The notes under the pieces are model-generated. The model did not search any database, had not been told where the DNA came from, and was given only the letters and a program-made list of their open reading frames with translations. From Hemiscyllium ocellatum (lineage: Eukaryota), in the NCBI RefSeq assembly GCF_020745735.1, contig NC_083406.1, forward strand, positions 14,384,001 to 14,448,000: a stretch of DNA of 64,000 nt. The letters run 5' to 3'. Made by a program: the position numbers and the translations under genes. This document shows positions 1 through 12,775 of this stretch, in pieces; the first letter of the stretch is position 1; each line of letters begins with the position of its first letter.

Positions 1-354
1 TCAATTAGATCTATCCTGCACTAGTTGCGTTCATCTAAATAACAGAACCAACAATTTTAAACCGTTCTCACAAAGAGAAACATTGTAGGCATCCTTATGA
101 TAAATACCACCATTTTCCTACAGATTCTGTGGAATTTGACAATTTGGTATTGTTCGGGTAAAAGAATTTAGAATTGGAAGTCAGGCTTTAGGAGCTTTTA
201 GGAGTTTAAAAAATAACCAGACTAAACCAGAATCAAGTGAAATTGACCTTGAATCCACAATTATGTCCTATAAAGTGTAAATCATATCCCAGTAAATCCG
301 GTTGAGGCTTCACAGAAAGATGAACATGCATCTAAAGAAGAACAGAACATTTTT

Positions 355-1180
355 TTTTGTGTGTTTACAGAATGTGGGTATTTCTGACTAAGTCAAGATT
401 TATTGCCCATTCCTAATTTCCCTTGAGTAGCTGGTGGTGAGCTACATTCTCAAACCATTCCACAAGGACTGTACAGTGGTCACTCTTACCAATACTGTCA
501 TGGACAAATACATCTGTAACAGGTAGGCTGGTGAGGATGAAATCAAGTAGTTTTTGCCTACAGTTGTTGCATCACCATCTGTCTAGAAACTGTGCCTTTT
601 AGGAGTCAGCCAGCTCAATTTGTACTGGTGCTAGCGAGGTACTCATGATGATGGACATTGAAGTTCTCCACCCAGAGAAGATTTGGTGCCCTTGCCACCC
701 TCAGCGTTTCTTCCAAGTAGATATTAAACACAAATGAAGACCGATTTCCTCAGGCAAAGCGAAATGGGAAGAATTCCTTGCCCATGTGTGACCTGATACA
801 ATGAAACTACATGGTGTCTGGAGTTAATGTTGATGACCTCAGGACAACGCCTTCTCAACCGTATCACTGTGCTGCCAGCTGTGGTAGGTCATATATTAGA
901 GCTGCAATCATGGTGTCTGGGACAAAGCTGTATTTACAGAAACATACTTACAATATCAAGCTGCTGTTTGATTAGTCTATGGGACAGCTCTCCAAAACTT
1001 GGCCTAACCTCAAGATATTAGAAGAATTTTTGCAAAGTCAACAGGGCAAAGTTTGCCACTGTCATTTCCAATGCCAAATTCACTGTCAGGGTGACCCATC
1101 GAGTTCTACCTTACACTTTGTAGCAGTTGCATATAATGGAGTTGCTTGTTCGGCCTGTTGACAATGCATTTAAGAATGTG
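355..1180 (-). mobile_element. CR1/L2-group (Zenon-like) LINE fragments
   Basis: Reverse complement of the family at 16740-17600 and 18887-19195. Confidence 0.6.
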
Positions 1181-2201
1181 GACTGCAAATGAAAATACCT
1201 TCTTGCAGGTGTGCTCCTTAGGCTAACCAAGATGGCTACTAACAGGTTCAGACTGTAGGCTGTGGATGTAGTCATTAGACAAGACTGCCTACTTCGTTAA
1301 GATAATTATGTTCACCTCCAGATGTGTATGGAGGGAGCATGCAGTGTCCACATGTACACTCGATGTTTCTGACAGGTGAGCATCTCAGAGGCCAAAGTGT
1401 ATCAGCTCCTAAAATCATATTTTAATTTAAGTTGATAAGTATCTGTGAAACTTTGTTTTTGTTGCTGTACTGTATAAGGGCTGATTATTAGTTAGCCTGT
1501 TTATTAGTTTTGTTAGTATACTCCAATGGGTGATAAGTAAAGGATTGCCATAACACAAAAGGATGAGAGTGTAAGAAGAAGAGATCTGAAATGGAGCATC
1601 ATGAACCTAACTACAATGAAAAACATCTCTATCCTGTTTTGTACTTCACCATGCAGTTTGGATTCATTTAACAATGCACAGTCTTCCTTTTATGATAGCA
1701 GATATAATTCCCTCTGACTGCTCTAATCTACTTCACTCTCCGGAAGTGCTTTACAGACTTTAACTATTTACAGAGTGAAAAGGTTTCTCTTTGTGTCACT
1801 TTTGTTCCTTTTGAGAATTAATTTCAATATGTGCCTTCGTGATTTTAATTCTTCCCAGAATTGTCATGGATTTGAACCCTTCAGCTAACCCATGATCCAG
1901 TTAGGTCGGGTTTGTTGATTAATTCTCTCTACCTACCCCTCTTCTTTCCAAAACCATTAACAGTCTTACCTACTAGCATCAGTATTAAATGCTGTAATTG
2001 ATACATAACAACCATAGTTATTTGGGACAGTTCAATCTTTCTACTTCACATTGTGTAAAAAGTGTTTCCTTTTTAATTTTAGGTAGTTACCCATACTCAT
2101 TTAAATTTTCCACATGACCTTCATTTATGTAAAAGCAGGAAACGAAAACAAATAGGGGAGCAGAGAATTAGACTTAAGGTGCATTTTGTCTCGCATCTCA
2201 C

Positions 2202-2282
2202 CTGTTTGATTGCAGTCACAGTGATTACAAAAAAGAGAGGAAGTCCACTAGTTACCGGACTGGTCGGTGTATCAATGATCAA
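2202..2282 (-). CDS. ATP11A: ATP11A coding exon 4 ([27 protein letters not shown]); gene continues beyond window start
   Basis: TTTTCAG acceptor, GTGAGA donor, 81 nt; ATP11-family TM1-TM2 sequence. Confidence 0.97.
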
Positions 2283-2479
2283 CTGAAAATAAAAACACAG
2301 TCTGTTAATCCACTGGGACATGGCAAGTGTAAACAACAGGCAAAATTGCTTGATAACTGAATACGCTTCACAATTTGTTTGTTATCATTAAATGGGATAA
2401 GGCAATGTTGGCAAACATCATACATTTGGAAATCATTAATTAAGCAGCTTTAGATAGTTGGATCCCTGAGTATCTTCTT

Positions 2480-3410
2480 CAACAATGCCCTGGAACTGAT
2501 GTGATTGGCATTCAAATCCTTTGTCCCAGCTATGAATCCAAGCCATAGATCATTTTCCAATGACGTCAGTTTTGTTAGGGCCCTTAATGCCATACTTGGT
2601 CAAATGTTGCCTTGACATCAAAATCAGTTACTGTCCTCTCATGTCTAGAGTTCATCTCTTGTTGCCATATCAAACGCCTTCAGTCATTTCTTGCTATCAC
2701 ATGGAATGAATTAAACTGGTTGAAGGCTGATAGTTGTAATGCTGAGGACTTCAGGAGGATGCCAAGGTGGATCATCCATTCAGCAATACAGGCTGAAAAC
2801 ATCAGCTTTTGCAATAACATGCTGGACTCTGCTATCAATAAAGATGGAATGTTTATTGAGCGCTCTCTTAGTAGTTCTTTAATTATCTGACAATTTTCAT
2901 GACAGGACATGTCTTTCCTGCACAGCTTTGACCTGATACATCAGTTATGAGATGATTGAGCTCTTTGATATGGTGCTTCTACTGGCTAGTGTGCTGATAC
3001 CTCTGTGGAATAAACATTGAGTAATTTTTACACTTACACTTGCATGCTCTCCAACAATTGTCATTCAATCAGGAATCATATCTTGGTGTGATGGTAGAGA
3101 GATGGATATGGTAGGAAATGAAGCTACATTTTGTGGTGGACTATAGACCTGTTCCTGCTGGTGACACACAGCAATCATGGGTATCCAATTTTGAGCTCTA
3201 AATTTGTTCAGAATCCATTCCATTTAGCACAGTGATAGTGCCACACAACACAATGTCTCAGTGTGAAGTCTGGTTTTCATCTCCACAGGCCTGTGTAGTG
3301 GTGACTCCTAATACTGTCATCCATCTGCTACAGTAGGTAGATTGGTGGGGGTGAAGTCAAGAAGTCTTTTTTTTTCTCTTATGTTGGTTCCCTCACTGCC
3401 TGCTACAGCT
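2480..3410 (-). mobile_element. CR1/L2-group (Zenon-like) LINE fragment
   Basis: Reverse strand encodes LDVKATFDQVWH RT motif; shares sequence with 480-600 and 16900-17060. Confidence 0.6.
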
Positions 3411-3516
3411 CAAAAGTTACTGGACCTGATAAAACGATGTTTCACTTGAATAAAAACATAAAATCTGTCAAAGGAATGACTGAAGCCACATTTGGAATGT
3501 CTAACAGAATGTTTCA

Positions 3517-3636
<120 letters not shown>

Positions 3637-4179
3637 TTAACTTATAGTCAGTCATCCTGATTTGGAAGTGTTAAAATATTTTCATTTATCAGAGTAAACT
3701 TTTCTTGTAACTTTGTGCAAGTCATTCAGTCACATCAAAATGCTACAGTGTTTTCAAGAAAGTGCCTCACTAACCACTAACCCAAAGAAATGAGGGATGG
3801 GCATGTTCACAAAAAAAAACAGCAAACTCTGACTCAGAAGCAGGAATGCTATCAATTGAGTCACAGGGACTCCCACTAAACTAGATGACACAGGCTTTAC
3901 CTATCTGCCTGCCTGTTTTTCTCACTTTTGATTTGATTTTTATTTTATTATTGTCACATGTAATGATATTCAGTGAAGAGTATTGTTTTGAGTGCTACCC
4001 AATTCACAGAAATGTGGACTCATTACAATACCTTTTTGAAAGGAGGCTCTTTAGCTATTTTCAGCTGTTAGTCTGCAGTCTTGTATGTTACAAAATTTCT
4101 GTTTCAGTTTTGGAATTTGTTTTTCCTCAAAAAAACTACAACAAAAATCCTGATGAGTTGAATACCAGAAGATTTGTAC

Positions 4180-4975
4180 TCAAATCTGGATTATGTGGAG
4201 CTTTGTGATAACTGATGAGGCCCCTCCAAAACCCATTTTGCTGAAAAATACGTTCTACGGCAAAGAAAATGCCAAATCAAAATGCTGTAGAGCAGTAAAT
4301 ATGTTAAAACTTTCTTTATTCAATTTGTTCAAAAGTTACAATGACTAAGTCTTATAAAATGCATTGAAAATATCAGGAGTTAGCTCCAGCAAGATTCAGC
4401 AATCATTTTTTGCTGAGCACTTTGTCGGCAGACAGTGTGATACAGTCAGCCATGTTGTCAATGCAGTCAAATGTGTCTTTGTTCAACAGTGCAGAATCCC
4501 AAAGCATTTCCACAACCTTTGCTAGGGAAACAGGCAGAGGAACAGGTGGGAATTCATCTGATTCTTCAGGGTCACTGGCCTACTTGGTTGAAAAAGAATA
4601 CTGCATCCATGATTACATTATCTGTCAGTTCTGGTGCAGACCACACAGCGTTGGCCACCTCCACATTGGAATTTTCAGCTCCTTCGCAATGTCTGCTTCT
4701 CACTTCATACTTCAGTTCTCCATTTGCTTTATCAATCAACTTCAGCTTCTCTCCAATTGACAATGCTTTAAAAACTTTCTCATAGATTTAGCCATATTTG
4801 TAGTCTTCATACATTTTTTCTTGGAACACCTTGATGTCAAATCCACGATTCGTTGTGCTCCTGCATGACCTAACTGTCCTCATTTTACACTGCAATCAAA
4901 TGACAAGATTAGACAATTATATTTAATCAGGGGTTAGCGGTGCAGATTTCAGCTGATCAGAAGCATCACTATAGT
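4180..4975 (-). mobile_element. Tigger/pogo-like DNA transposon remnant
   Basis: KALSIGEKLKLIDK resembles the HTH_psq start of Tigger transposases; decayed. Confidence 0.45.
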
Positions 4976-6968
4976 GGATTTGTTATGTTGCCAATGCAAG
5001 TTGTTGAGTACCAAGGCGCATGGGGAGTGGGGAGGTGATTATTGGCAGAGGTTTGTTGCCTGTTACGGAACATTTGCGGGAGATCAAGCCTTCAATCGAG
5101 GAGATGACTCACCATTGTTTAACGCTATGGTTTTGCAATGTATTCTTTCTGGTGTTGCTGACATGATTTGGACAAACATGGCGACCAGGTCCGAGAATTC
5201 TCAGTCGCAAATGAGGCGAGCAGTGGTCTACTACTAGGATGGTCAAAAGGAACCGAAACCATGAGCCAAGTTACAAAATAAAAACCAAGTATGACCAGCG
5301 ACCTCGTGATCTGTATCCTCCATGTACAGGTTAACGAATAACCCTACATCAGCTGGTTGTGGCTCTGACTCCACATTCTGTTGTTGAACCCACTTCCCCA
5401 CACACCCAGCATCTAACTCAGGCTTGTCAAAGTAAATATGAGACAGCCCTTCTCAACAGGCCGCTACTTACCTTCTCTGACTGCACCACCTTGAATTGTG
5501 CTACGTTTTTAACAGAGCCACAGTACCTCTCCTCCTCTGAGCACGTTTGTCTATTGGGAAATCACCTTTTTAACCACATCTTCTGAGGATTTAGCGGACC
5601 TGTCACTTCCAAATGCAGAATTAATCCTCTATGTAGACGGAAACTCCTTTGTTGCACTCTCAGGACAATGTTGTTCAGGATATGTGGTTGCCACCGATTC
5701 TGAGATTGTTGAACGAGCAGCTTTCGAAACTCCGCGGTCGACACAATAAGCTGAGCTGTTTGCCCTCACTCGTGCTTGCATTTTAGCAAAGGAAAATCAG
5801 CAAATATATATATATATATATACTGGCTCTCGATATGCTTTTGGCATGGCCCACGATTACGGAGCCTTGTGGGAACCTAGGGCATTTTCAAGTTCCATGG
5901 AATAGCCCGATATTAATGTTTTTTTGTGCATAAACTCTTGCAGGCTTTGCAGGTACCAGTCAAAATTAATCAAATGTTCGGCTCATACTGGTGCACAGAT
6001 ATAGTCTCCCAAGGCAATGAGAGAGTAGATGCTGCTGCCAAGCAGGCAGCCTTACACCCTGTACTTTTGGTTCCATTGGGTTCCCAGCAAAACCTGATTG
6101 GAAATAGTATAAGGACGGGTATGCCAGACCTGGGTGAGGTACAGAAATTACAGGGGAACTCCACTGCTGGAATCAAATGGGGTGCTACCTCGATCCTCAA
6201 ACCAAGCTATGGGCGACTCCTGTGGGACAAGTTTGTGTTCCTTATTTGCTCCTACGAATCTTAGTTGATTATGTACACACTTGGGCAAGGAGGGAATGGT
6301 TAATACTTTATTACAAATCTTGCAGCACCCAGATTTCCAAAATGCAGCTGAGAAATTAGCTAAAAGCATGCTTAATTTGTAAAAAGATGAATGCTGGAAA
6401 AGGGATGCGTTGCAGTTCAGGAACCATCCCCTTGCCCGGTGGGCTATTGCTTGTCTGCAACTTGATTTTATAGAATTACTTAGAGTACTTTGTTATAAAT
6501 ATTGTTTAGTAATAATAGATGCATCAAAGCTATCCCAATGACTGACAATACCGCTACAACAGTGGTAAAAATACTGTTGAGGGAAAATGATTCCCTGCTA
6601 TGGACTTCCAGAAACCATAAGCTCAGACAATGGACCATACTTTGCAGCTAGATTAAATGAGGAGATCTGCAAAGAGTTGGTTATAAAGCAACAATTCCAC
6701 TGCACTCACCATCCAAAGGCAGCCGGGATGGTGGACTGAGTAAATGGCACTCGAAAGAATATGTTGGCCAAGTTAACACAGGAGACAGGACTGAACTGGT
6801 TGAATGCCTTACCTTTAGCACTATTCCATGAGAGTTACCCACTCAGGTCAAACAGTGCTATCTCCCACTGAGATTGTCTATGGGAAGCCAATGCGGACCC
6901 CATGGGGACCTGGGGTAGTCCAACTTCCCCTTCCTGAAAAATTGGATATGTACACTCTGGGCGAGGAA

Positions 6969-7210
6969 GAGGCATGGCATTCATCCACAAACTCCATCAA
7001 CAAACATCGACCTGGACCCAATATACCAACCACTACAGCGGACAACTGAAACTGACACCCGGAAGCGGCAAGGACAGACCACTATAAATACCGGAAGAAA
7101 CATCAAAGAAGTGCTTCGCAGGAGGCTCCACAGCACTGATGATGTCCCCTAGCCAGGGGACAAAACGTTTGCAACTAAAACTCCCAGCTCGGCGAACAGA
7201 ACCACTACAA
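6969..7210 (+). mobile_element. 5'-truncated Penelope-like element inserted in ERV integrase
   Basis: EAWHSSTNSINKH..DLDPIYQPL resembles the PLE ORF C-terminus; hammerhead motif at 7133-7172; removing it restores the integrase frame. Confidence 0.8.
7133..7172 (+). ncRNA. Minimal type-I hammerhead ribozyme motif (G12A variant)
   Basis: GCA-CUGAUGA-U-GUCCCCU/AGCC/AGGGGAC-aAAA-C-GUU^UGC. Confidence 0.65.
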
Positions 7211-7559
7211 GTGGGAAAATATCTGCCTGAGTTAAGCAAAACTCTCCAAAGTTTACATTCGCAGGTGGCCAAGCCAACAAAGAGGATGACAATCTATCTG
7301 AAGGAGACTACCCCTGCTATACACTCTGGAAATTTTGTCCTGATTAAGAACAGGGACCGGGGGACGTTGGAAACAAGGTGGAAAGGACCGTTTCTGGTGT
7401 AGCTGATCACCCCACAGCTGTGAAAGTGCAAGGACGACCCCACTTGATCCATAGATAATTGTAACTTTGGAGTGAGGTGGGGGGGTTATACTCTGAGGAC
7501 ATGTGCCAAACAGGTAGAGCAGGGAGCTTGTTCATTTTGTGCTGAGATTCCCAGCAGAG

Positions 7560-8560
7560 TAAGACCATGATTCTCATGTCTGTTGCCCCCTCAATGCCAG
7601 TGAAATAACTTCAGTAAAAACCTTTTTGGCTTCGACTAATGTTAGGGTGGTCAACTGTTCATGAAATCAATACAGTACTGATTGTTAGCCATGTTGTTTT
7701 GAAGGGGGGAGCTCAAGAAAAGCCCCTGCAGATTTCAGGAAGTTAGTAACTGTCTTGCTAGTGCCCCCTCCTAAAGATCCGGTGAATGCTACCTGCTACT
7801 GTAGCAATAATCAGAGTGCGCCCCACGATGTGGGGTACAGTTCTGCTGTAAAGAACCAGAGTATTTCACTTCCACTGCCTCTAATGGAATCTATTGGGAG
7901 TGCGGGAACCGGGCCTACACCCGGTTGCCAGGAGAGAAAGCAGGCAATGGTGGAAGCACTAAATCCCAGGGCCGCCCTTGGAAGGGTTGTTGTTACTTAG
8001 CATATTTTGTCCCTCATTTACAAATTTTAAGTCACCCCAAGGAACAATCTTATTGGGGTTGACAACAAAGGGCAATACAGGGTTCTGGATGATCCTTTCT
8101 CCTCCTCATAGAACTGTCTGACCTTTGAGGGAAATAATTAATTTAGTGGCTGTCCGGGAGGAACTAGCTAACAATACAGTGGGGGCTGATACTCAGGCGC
8201 AGGTAAATGAGTTTGCTGCTCAAATAGTAGTGATGCAGCAGATCGTCCTACAAAATCAAATGACCCTAGACTTTATCCTGGCAGAAAAACGGCGGACATG
8301 TGCCATTATAGAGAAGGAATATTGTACTTATATTTCCTGATGAATCAACTAACATTACCAACCTCTCCAAACACATTACCTAAGAAATCCAGAAAATCCA
8401 AGGTGGTGGTAACGACCTGCATGGGTTCAATAGTGGAACAGGATGTTGGCCATTTGGGAGCTTTTTGGGAATATTGGAGGCATGTTGTTACGTTTCGGGA
8501 TTTATGATACTTATTGTAATTGCTTGCATTCTCTTAAGATACTTGTAGCCATTGGTATCC
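7560..8560 (+). pseudogene. ERV env remnant, gamma-type TM with immunosuppressive domain
   Basis: Heptad region EELANNT, ISD LQNQMTLDFILAEKRRTC, degenerate CX6CC (CAIIEKEYC), hydrophobic TM at ~8470-8545. Confidence 0.8.
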
Positions 8561-8621
8561 AATTGCATAGTTATAGGCTTTAGGAATATTGTGTGATCAT
8601 GAAATGATCAACAGGAGAGAA

Positions 8622-8954
8622 TGATAGCGTATTGGAAGTAATAGTGAAAGGTTTTTGCTGAAAAACTGTTCTTGCTTAACTGCCCCTCCAGCCATGGCTT
8701 GGGCTGCTTCTTATATTCAATGGAGTATTGTTAACCACATTGCTTATCTGCTAATGACTCATGTGAAAAGTATGGGTTGAGAGATATGAGGGCTATAAAC
8801 TGTACTGCTCTTATGCTATACACAGAGGTCCAACGAGAGCCCATCAAGTGAGAGCTTGACTGTTACTCCACTGTTTACTCCAGATCTCTCACCAGCTCAG
8901 CTAAAATAAAGAGGTTAATGAAACTTTCATGAGGTCCGGAACTTTGAGTTGACA
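8622..8954 (+). repeat. ERV 3' LTR
   Basis: Starts TG right after purine tract ACAGGAGAGAA; TATAAA ~8794; AATAAA ~8906; ends TGACA. Confidence 0.65.
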
Positions 8955-9099
8955 GCTGGATCCGAAATGTTAACTCTGATTTCTTTCCACAGATGCTGTC
9001 ACACTTGCTGAACTTTTCCAGGAATTTTATGTTTTTGTTTCTGATTTCCAGCATCTATAGTACTTTCAGTTTTAATATCTTCCATGCTTGCATCATCAA

Positions 9100-10430
9100 A
9101 ATTTTACCGTAGCTCAGAAACTTCGCTATTTTTGTGGTGAATGCTCCCCATTGACCTACCACTGATTTCCCTTTATGTGCAGGAAAGCTTCTTCCCGTTG
9201 CCCAGCATCATTCCCTGCAACTAAGGTCAGTACATGCCTTTTCTTATTGGGCATCCCCCATGCTGGATTAAGAAACTGCTCCCCTGAACATATTTTTTGA
9301 ATTCTGCTCCCTTTGTGCCGATCACATTAATTCTATGCCAGTCAACATTTGCGTAGTTGGGGAACCCAACTATTGTTTTTCAACCTTTTAGTAATTTGCC
9401 AACATGTTTGCATTTCTATCTCCTTCAGATTGTTTATATAATTGTAGAACACATCCAAACTGACTTCCCCTTGTTTTGCTGTTCAGTTCAATCAATTTGC
9501 TGATCATTCTAAGACATCTTCACAGCCATAATTCTGTCCAATCAACACTGTGACCTCACTTCCTGCTTTATATTCTCAGCTTCCCACCCCCAACCAAGCT
9601 AACCTAAACTTTCCCATTCGCACAAACAAAACCAAGTTTTAGAATATTAATCCTGGCTTTGTTGAGGTGATATCTATTTGGTTTGTATAGTTCCTACCAC
9701 CACCATACGTGGTCCAGAGATTTCAAGAGGCAAAACCCTCATTTCCCATCTGCACCGTTTCTCCAGCTACTTATTCACCTGGCAAACTTCAGCACTCATC
9801 CGCACATTTCGAGATTACGAATGTTGAGGTCCTATCGTTTCAATTTTTTTTCTTAGCTCACTAAATTCTGTCTGCAGAAACTCATTCCACTTTTTATCCA
9901 TGTCACTGATGCCAGCCTGAACTGCTTAGAATGTCCTCAGACTACTCAGCTATACCCTTGACTCTGGCAAGACAAAGAGGCAGGTAGTTATATCCCCAGC
10001 CACAGAAATACCCACCTGTTCCCCTCACTAGATTCCCAACCACTCTTGCTTATCCACCTTTCTCCCTTCCTGTAGGGGAGCCACCCATGGTGTCAGAAAG
10101 TTAGTTGTTTCATCATTGTCACTCATGTTCAGAGCCGAATACGGATTGGAGGTTAATGTTATTCTGTTTCATTTATTCATACATTTCTTTTTGGAATTTG
10201 AACAAGGCTGGAAAGGCCAGAATTTATTGCTCATCCCTTGAAAAGGCAGTGACATATTGTCCTGTAGTTTGCTAGGTCATTGGTAAACACCTGCAGCATT
10301 GAACAAAGTGGCTCACTCACTTCTGTGTGTATTTCCTGCCTCTTCCGGATGGCCATTCTCTTGCTACCAGAAACTGTTACATTTTTAAAGGTAGCTACTT
10401 CCTGGAACATATTCCTACAATGTGTTCAAT
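9100..10430 (-). mobile_element. Decayed CR1 LINE (ORF1 and endonuclease region)
   Basis: Reverse-strand similarity to CR1 ORF1 copies at 12130-12770 and 36870-37830. Confidence 0.5.
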
Positions 10431-12129
10431 GCTCACGTGTTTATCAATGACCTACAAAAGGCACAAAAATGTGAGAAACCAGTGACCCCGAATTTGTGAG
10501 TTAAGAACTCGTTGTAAGAAATGAGGCAAGCCATAGAATGACTAATGAAAACAGAATAGCCTACCAATTGCCAAATAAATCTCTCAGCCAGAGGATGCTG
10601 CGTGAGCAAAATCTGACATTAAGTACAGTAGCACAAATTTGTTTGGCAGCCATAATGACACAGATCAAATAGTTGAACAGTGCAGAAAATGGAACCAGTG
10701 AAGCATATTTTAAGAACAAAATCATTACAGAAACTTGAAAATTCATCCTTCAATGCTTAAAGAGGAAATGGTGCATTTGGCTCAAAAACTGCCCACGTGA
10801 TCCTAGCTAAGTCCCATTTATTGATCATCCATAATGTCAGGATCTAAAACATAGGATTATCGAAGATATTGCCATTAAATTATAGAATAAGATGAATCAA
10901 GTACATAAGGTAACGTATTTGAAAAAAAAGAGAAATTGATTGCATCACTTTTTGAGATAAACAGAAACGTCACAAAATTTAAACTGGATCTAGGATCACA
11001 GCTAAATATCCAATTTAGCTGCTAATAACCAATAACAACAGGGATGTCAATTATGCTGAAATACCCAGGGGGCCTATATACCATATGTGCAAGTATTATA
11101 TTAGAAAAACACCAAGCATCATTCCTACAACTCTCAAACTACTTCCTGCAATCTTAGGTCAGATTGTGAAGAGACCGACTTCAGAAATAAAGATTCAGTA
11201 ACCTGGCCACAAAACCTGCTCACTAGAATACAAGGATTTGGTTCATGAAATGGTTCATTCAAACATGTTTGGCAGAGTGGTCAGCATGCTCCTCAAACTG
11301 AACATTAACACTGGAAATTTGTCACAAGTGTAACTTTCTGATAAGTAGTAGCTGATGACTTATGTCAAACTGAAATGTTTTTTCCCTCATAACACTGAAT
11401 ATTCAAAAAATGTAAAACAAACTACAGCAACACAGAAGCAAAACATCCTGGAAACCTGAAATAAAACAGAAAATGCTGGAATTGCTTAGCAAAGATCTCG
11501 CAACAACTGTGGAAGAACAACAAAGTTTAACAACCCAAATTTGTGAATGTTAACTGTTTCTATCTCCACAGTTGCTGATCAGGGAAGCTGTAAGTTAGTT
11601 AGTGGAAACTGCTTATAGGTCACCATTAACTGTCACTGTGTGGTTAGGTGTAATGTACTGTGAATAGGAAGCTCAGTTAGCACTTGTACATCTTTTCATC
11701 TTGCACACCGAAGTTACAAGTGAATAGTCTTTGCTGATAAGCAGGGTGGAGGATAAACAGCGAGTGAAAAGTGTTCCTACATTTTGCCTCCAATTCTTGT
11801 GGTTTGTATTAGAAGCATATATTTAATCTTCCTCTAACAAAACTAGGTCAAGTAATTAACTAGGAGATGAAATCTACACATCAAGTTGATTAAATGCATA
11901 GTCTAATCAATTAAATAAATAAAACATATTTAGAGAAATGACAGGGTAAGTGGTGGCCTGTGCCTGTGCAGTGTATGAGTTTGTTGATAGTACGATGATC
12001 CCAAACAACCATACCTTCAAGTTTAAGAGGTGTTTCATTTGTAAACATTATGTGACAACAGCGAAGGAGGAAAGAGTTGCTGGACATTGATCCATGAGGC
12101 ACTCACATCCATTACATTCCAGATCTGGC

Positions 12130-12775
12130 TAATACTCATGAAGAGAAAGGTTTGAGCGTGAGACAGGTAGCTACGGGGCATAATAGAAGTGTTAGCTTTT
12201 CCCTCATCCAGTTGACAGGTACAAGGTCTATTCTATCTACATATGACAGCACAGGCATAGGGATGTAGTAGTGAATTGAATATTGCAATATGGTACAAGA
12301 AACCATTCAAATGCAGAGAGTGAGAAAAAATATGGCAGCATGGGGGAAAGCATTATAAGGGAGATGGATACTGTTTGCTGCAGCCATGTCCAGAGTTCTG
12401 TCGGTTTTCTTGCCTGCTCAGTGATAGGGTTAAAGATATCCCTCTCAGCTAGAAATAAACTCGGAGTGCGACGAGAAGGATTCAGTTACCATCATCCATT
12501 TAGGAACCAATTACATAGATACAACTGGGAAATCTGTTTGCTGACAGACATTGAGGAGTAAGGATCCAAATTAATAAGTAGAACTTCTAAAGCTAATAAT
12601 CCTTGGATCATTTCCTGAGCCATTTGGAAACTGGCACGAGGATAAACAGATCAGAATTGAATATATGGCTCAAAGAGTGGCATGGCAGAGAGAGGTCTCA
12701 ATCATGGCCTACTGGCTAATGAGGAAAATAAGAGTATTTCATTGGTACAACTCCAAATGAATCAAATTGGGACAG
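12130..12775 (+). mobile_element. Decayed CR1 ORF1 (SGNH esterase-like) fragment
   Basis: GESIIREMDTVCC (GDS-block equivalent), similar to 37440-37800. Confidence 0.55.

Larger units (their letters stand above)
5350..7470 (+). pseudogene. ERV pol remnant (connection/RNase H/integrase), interrupted by a Penelope-like insertion
   Basis: Motifs found in several frames; no protease or RT YxDD region seen. Confidence 0.85.
4985..8954 (+). mobile_element. Decayed endogenous retrovirus (class I, gamma/epsilon-like): gag fragment, pol (connection, RNase H, integrase), env, PPT and 3' LTR; antisense in ATP11A intron 2
   Basis: MHR-like GE..GDYWQRF; RNase H LYVDG..AELFALTRAC..GNERVDAAAKQAA; integrase LQLDFIEL..ISSDNGPYF..WKGPF; env TM LQNQMTLDFILAEK..C; many stops and frameshifts. 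Confidence 0.9.

Noticed and set aside
1-2200. ATP11A exon 5 (GYEDWLRH...)
   Set aside because: Not found; presumably outside the window. TUBGCP3 exon 3 was likewise not found after 62267.
8125-8560. Domesticated syncytin-like env gene
   Set aside because: Frameshifts, stops, altered ISD and CX6CC; no continuous ORF.
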